NCBI GenBank assembly: GCA_048938105.1
Contig: JBHLMN010000014.1
Location: 32,001-96,000 of the forward strand
Origin: Promethearchaeota archaeon
Lineage (GTDB): Archaea > Asgardarchaeota > Heimdallarchaeia > Hodarchaeales > Hodarchaeaceae
Direction of reading: 5' to 3'
Length of the DNA stretch: 64,000 bases
Position numbers and translations under genes: made by a program. The stretch's first letter is position 1, and each line of letters opens with the position of its first letter. A model generated the notes under the pieces. That model was not told where the DNA came from. It saw nothing but the letters and a program-made list of their open reading frames with translations, and made no database searches. Below, piece by piece: positions 59,807 through 64,000 of the stretch.

Positions 59807-60409
59807 CTCAGCGATAACAAACTGGGCATTACTTTCTATTAAAGGTTAATTAATTCATGATTGAAGATTGTTTCCATTCGAGAATAAAGCTCTATTTTTC
59901 CCCTATGTTCTTGGAATTATTAAAAATCCTTTATATTGGTTCATAACAGATCTAGAGGTATATACTTGAAATATATTCCATCAAATGAGGTTAAAATATT
60001 GCATAATGAAAAATTTAGAGAAGAAAAACTTAGTCTTTTAAAATAATTCCACTATTAGTCTAAAAATGAAATCTTAAGGTTGGAAAAATGTTTCTTTTTC
60101 TGCAAATGCCGTTTGAATCAATATAGCAAGATCTTGTACTTTCAGAATGATTAGTACGATATAAAGCGATATTTAAAGGAGAAAAAAATACGAAATATTT
60201 GATCGCAAAAAAAATACCTATGATAGATTAACTTAGGCAGAAAATGATCTAGTTAGCGCGCCAATATGCTGATAAACTTGGTATTGCTTGGAAAAAAGTT
60301 ACTTAGTTCTATCCTCAAAGCGTCCTCTCAGTTATGGAATTTTCTATTATTAACTAAATCGTTTGAATACGAACTCATATAAACCGTAAAAGGTGTTTCT
60401 TCGGAGTTC

Positions 60410-61537
60410 TTAAAGAAATTCCTTATATGTCTGTAGATTATCATAGGTTGGGTATTCTTCCACAATCCCCAAAGTTACATCTGGAAAAATTGCTTTAATT
60501 TCATGTTTTAATTCGTTTAATAAAGCTGCATTTGTTAAAAGACGATTTTTTTCCTGATCAATGTGAATTAAATCTTCTTGAATCTCCAATGTTTCAATCA
60601 ATGTCCAACGAAGGCGTGTTAAATCTATAGATGGCGATTCAATCACACCCCGCAGTAACAATCCTTTATCTGGCCCATTAGGAATGATTACATCCGAGAG
60701 TAGTTTCACATTTTTAGCTATACGGTATATACGGTTCGGTAGCTGGACTGCATCCTTAGTAGATAAGGAACAAAAATGAATAGGGATTGAAATGGATCGT
60801 GAAGCCCATTTGACGACTTTTTTTCCTAATTCAGCACTTCCTTCGACCGCTGATGGATTGTCTTGATCACAATTCAATCCATGAGCCAGGAGATTCCGAT
60901 AATTTGTCTCACTAATTTCAAGCTCATTAAGATTAACAAAGTAGAATTGGTCTTTATCAGGTAAGATAGCTGTAAAATGGTTAATAAGATCACGATAGAA
61001 ATCAAAGCCCTTCGTAGGTATTATAGGTACTTCTATTCCGATATCCAGATCGAATTGCGTGGCTAACTCAACTTGAGCAATATCCTTCTGAATATTAATG
61101 ACATGAAACCTGATTTCATCAATGTAAGGGTTAATTTCGGAGAGGGTTTCTGAGGTGATCTCCTTCCCACGAGTGTATAGATGAATGTGAAAGGACTCTG
61201 AGTATGTTTGTTTCAGAATCTTACAAAATCCCAGAGTTTGTGAGAAAGAATGATGTTCAAGTGGGTCTCCCCCTGTCATACTTGCACCTTTTGCATCCAT
61301 AATAGACGCTTCTAAAGTAAGGTCATCAATGTGCTTGATTGGCCTCTCATTCGCAAATGAATAAGGGGAGATTTTTCGTTCTACGCTTAAAGGACAATAA
61401 AAGCATTTACTAGAACATTCTGTAGTAACTAAAACAACAAGCTTTTCTCCAGTTATACATTGTTGGCACCCTCGCGAGAGTGAACCCGTATAACTGCTTC
61501 CCCAAGGAGTTTTTTTTATCATAATTATCACATTCAT
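60410..61537 (-). CDS. Archaeal radical SAM protein
   Basis: GCQQC..GEK, CSSKCFYC, TGGDPL, HIHLYT, DEIRFH, NLNELE. Confidence 0.92.
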   Translation of the reverse strand: MNVIIMIKKTPWGSSYTGSLSRGCQQCITGEKLVVLVTTECSSKCFYCPLSVERKISPYSFANERPIKHIDDLTLEASIMDAKGASMTGGDPLEHHSFSQTLGFCKILKQTYSESFHIHLYTRGKEITSETLSEINPYIDEIRFHVINIQKDIAQVELATQFDLDIGIEVPIIPTKGFDFYRDLINHFTAILPDKDQFYFVNLNELEISETNYRNLLAHGLNCDQDNPSAVEGSAELGKKVVKWASRSISIPIHFCSLSTKDAVQLPNRIYRIAKNVKLLSDVIIPNGPDKGLLLRGVIESPSIDLTRLRWTLIETLEIQEDLIHIDQEKNRLLTNAALLNELKHEIKAIFPDVTLGIVEEYPTYDNLQTYKEFL

Positions 61538-61592
61538 CCCTTTTCAGGGGGACAAAATCAGAAATCGGAAATTATAGACTGTATCATGGGTT

Positions 61593-61856
61593 TTACTCTG
61601 GAAATTTCCAGAAAAACACTTCAAAATGGTCTCCCTGCGAAATGACTTTGAACTGGCCAGGTAATTCTGCTTGCCCTAATACCTTTTTTGTATAAAATTT
61701 CAGCTTTCGAGATGACAATCCCTTTAGTTCTATTGTTTTACCCTCTTTTTTCGCTTTAATATCCTCTTTTTCTCGAATTAGAGCTATAATATCATCAATC
61801 AACTCTGATTTTGGAATATTTGAGAGATCGACTTTCATTTCGTACACCATTCGCAT
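61593..61856 (-). CDS. rpl22e: Ribosomal protein eL22-like
   Basis: SSRKLKFYTKKVL...L...FKVIS....FEVFF resembles eukaryotic eL22 SKRYLKYLTKKYL...L...LRVVA....YELRY. Confidence 0.75.
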   Translation of the reverse strand: MRMVYEMKVDLSNIPKSELIDDIIALIREKEDIKAKKEGKTIELKGLSSRKLKFYTKKVLGQAELPGQFKVISQGDHFEVFFWKFPE

Positions 61857-61899
61857 TTTACTTAATATTGCAGCAAGGATCTTATGCTATCCAATTTAC

Positions 61900-62445
61900 T
61901 TAATTGATATCAGAGTATGTCGAATCAGTAAGGGTGGAATCGAGGTAAGTGAGAAGGAGTTCTAAGTTATAATTATTTCTTTCTTCAATTAGATTTGATT
62001 CAAAAGCAACAAATTTTGAACATTCTTGGTTTTGTTTTGATGGTGATAATCGCTTATACGAGCATGCGCGGCTGATATCAAGAATGACTGACTCAAGGGG
62101 GCGAGATAATAGATCCTGTCGCACTTGAGACTCTGAGAAAAGTCCATTAGCCAAACCTGATGATATAATGGGTTCTGCCTTCATTATATATCGTAGTAAA
62201 CAGTCAACATGCGCGACATATCCTTCCTCATTTCCAACTACAATTTTCTGTTCAAAAAGTTCATCAACAGTGAACCTTTTCCCACAATGAGAACAGATCA
62301 ACCCACCTCCGTTTATGATGAGGTCGTAAACGACAAATAGGTCAGCTTCGTTTTCATCGATGTCCTTGATGTCCAATTGGATATTTACTCCTATTACAAG
62401 CCTGTTGGAGTTTTTTAAAATCAGGATGAACCGGTTCAAGTTCAT
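61900..62445 (-). CDS. Hypothetical protein with possible Zn finger
   Basis: CSHC...HVDC. Confidence 0.55.
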   Translation of the reverse strand: MNLNRFILILKNSNRLVIGVNIQLDIKDIDENEADLFVVYDLIINGGGLICSHCGKRFTVDELFEQKIVVGNEEGYVAHVDCLLRYIMKAEPIISSGLANGLFSESQVRQDLLSRPLESVILDISRACSYKRLSPSKQNQECSKFVAFESNLIEERNNYNLELLLTYLDSTLTDSTYSDIN

Positions 62446-62846
62446 TATTTATAGTATTTTCTATGTTTTAAGGATTTTCTAGTTTCTTGGAATTTTGTAA
62501 GTAGACCCCTTTGGTGTCACCGTATCAATTCCTTCTGCTCACAATTAGATAACAACGACAATCTATCTCGTTATGTCTAATAATCTACCAATCGGTGTTG
62601 TTGGAAATCTTGTACGATTAAATATGAAATAACCAAAAAAATAGTCTCGTAAAGATGCGTGTCCCTGTTTTAATGATTTGTTTAGACCCCTAGTTATATG
62701 CTTTTATAAGTGAAACCATTCAATTTCTATATGTTGGCATAACCCTCCTTTATTTCCTATAGTAGTTGTATAAAGTCTATTTTTGTTGTTGAACTAAAGT
62801 ATGGATGAAAAAAGGGGCCATGAGGGAACAAATAAATTTCCTGTTC

Positions 62847-63311
62847 TTAACCAAAGAAGTTTGGTTTTAAATGGATTATTTTTTGTAAATGTATTTCATA
62901 ACCTTTCTTAGCATTCTGCCTTTGTTCCTCAACCCATTTCTCAAATCCTATTTCCTTAAATCTCTTATATCTATCCATCGTGTCAGGATCGGCAACATTT
63001 TTAATTTTGGAACATGGAAACTCTTCACACTCAAAACAAATACGTAATTCTTTTTTAAGATTGCATTTCTTTACTTCACACCAAGTAGGTCCTCCACCTT
63101 GTTGACATCCAGGACACTTCGCATTCTCGATGAACCACTCTAGTCCCTTTATAAATTGCTTGAAATCAAACAGTCCTCTGGATCGAAACTCGAATCCATA
63201 GAGATCTGTGAATTCCTTCATTTGTACAGCTGTTTCTCTAATTAATCCATTATACTGCCCACAACTACCACAATAATCACTACATGGTGCAACTAATTTA
63301 TAATTTCCCAT
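62847..63311 (-). CDS. DUF3795 family Cys-rich protein
   Basis: APCSDYCGSC, CPGC, CEVKKC, CFECEEFPC. Confidence 0.85.
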   Translation of the reverse strand: MGNYKLVAPCSDYCGSCGQYNGLIRETAVQMKEFTDLYGFEFRSRGLFDFKQFIKGLEWFIENAKCPGCQQGGGPTWCEVKKCNLKKELRICFECEEFPCSKIKNVADPDTMDRYKRFKEIGFEKWVEEQRQNAKKGYEIHLQKIIHLKPNFFG

Positions 63312-63549
63312 TTTTTCAACCCATATTTTTGATCTCTTATTACAATAAATTTACGACTTTTTCTATCAGGAAATCTCCTTTTCTCTCTCTGGTTTCGAAC
63401 TTCTATTTGGAAAGCTTTTCTTGGGTTAATATTCATAATAATTCCACTATTTCTCCCATTTTTTCATCAATAGCTCAGAATTCAGTTGGGATTAGCTCTT
63501 CCGCGGAGAATACTCCTAACATTATTCAGGATGTCTAGTAATGTTCAAG

Positions 63550-64000
63550 TCAACTCCATTGTTGTAAGATCTTTTTAATCAGATTTTCGAAGACCGTGGA
63601 AAGTGTATCCCCCCTGTTGGGCCTAATTTCATTGTATCCCATCTCTAATTCCTCAGCCAGATCTTTTAGCTCCTTTGTTGTATTTTTAGCTTGTATTACC
63701 ACCAAATTTATAGGAACATTGGAATCTGGCACAACAGACCGAAATTCTGTATGCCATGCCTTCACTTGATTACGCCTCGATTTTTCCTCATGATTAATAA
63801 AAATAAGGGCTCCATTTGCACCGTGATAATAGCTTGATCGTAACTTTCTAAAAAATTCCTGTTCTGCAGTGTCCATGATTATGATTTTTATGATTAAGCC
63901 ATAAAGATTCAGAATTTTGGTGGTGATGTCTACACCAATAGTAGAAAGATAATTTGTCGAAAATTTACCCTCAGCATACGCTCGTACCAGTTCTGTTTTT
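63550..64000 (-). CDS. Rab-like small GTPase domain, 5'-truncated by the window edge, degenerate G3/G4
   Basis: Frame extended by hand: KTELVRAYAEGKFSTNYLSTIGVDITTK...IMDTAEQEFFRKLRSSYYHGA. Confidence 0.88.
   Translation of the reverse strand, partial: KTELVRAYAEGKFSTNYLSTIGVDITTKILNLYGLIIKIIIMDTAEQEFFRKLRSSYYHGANGALIFINHEEKSRRNQVKAWHTEFRSVVPDSNVPINLVVIQAKNTTKELKDLAEELEMGYNEIRPNRGDTLSTVFENLIKKILQQWS

Noticed and set aside
59830-60400. Long non-coding stretch (also 34216-34870) as a hidden gene or RNA
   Set aside because: AT-rich, with only short broken frames and no convincing structure.
58-63538. Many short antisense or overlapping ORFs in the track (e.g. 58-369, 19091-19417, 41539-42057, 46558-46968, 63284-63538)
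   Set aside because: They lie opposite or within well-supported genes and have no recognisable motifs.
1-64000. CRISPR array, rRNA genes or provirus
   Set aside because: No regularly spaced repeats, rRNA-length conserved segments or virion/integrase genes were seen.

Overview
A 64-kb, AT-rich archaeal chromosomal segment, most likely from an Asgard archaeon (Heimdallarchaeia-like). The evidence is an eL22-type ribosomal protein, a Rab-like small GTPase, a histone, a Urm1-like modifier, TPR solenoids, and archaeal LonB, DnaG, Rpo12 and Pelota. Most of it is housekeeping: a rearranged end of the S10 r-protein cluster, RNase III, a B12 acyl-CoA mutase operon, acs, a MoxR/DUF58 surface-protein operon, cofE, argF, hypAB, ftsZ and lonB. 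It also holds a deleted IscB/omegaRNA element. The non-coding content is rich and absent from the ORF track: six contiguous tRNA genes (three with BHB introns, some at non-canonical positions), three box C/D guide RNAs and a three-hairpin H/ACA guide RNA. The most striking observation is a tRNA with a glycine-type body whose 5' half (36671-36708) and 3' half (39399-39462, which has its own T-loop intron) lie 2.69 kb apart but can re-form a bulge-helix-bulge junction. The intervening DNA carries a complete nested tRNA-Gly(CCC) and an antisense 715-aa orphan gene. A clear paralog of that orphan (601 aa) sits next to a two-intron tRNA-His, suggesting an undescribed tRNA-linked protein family or mobile system. 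All calls come from reading the sequence by eye; no searches were run.
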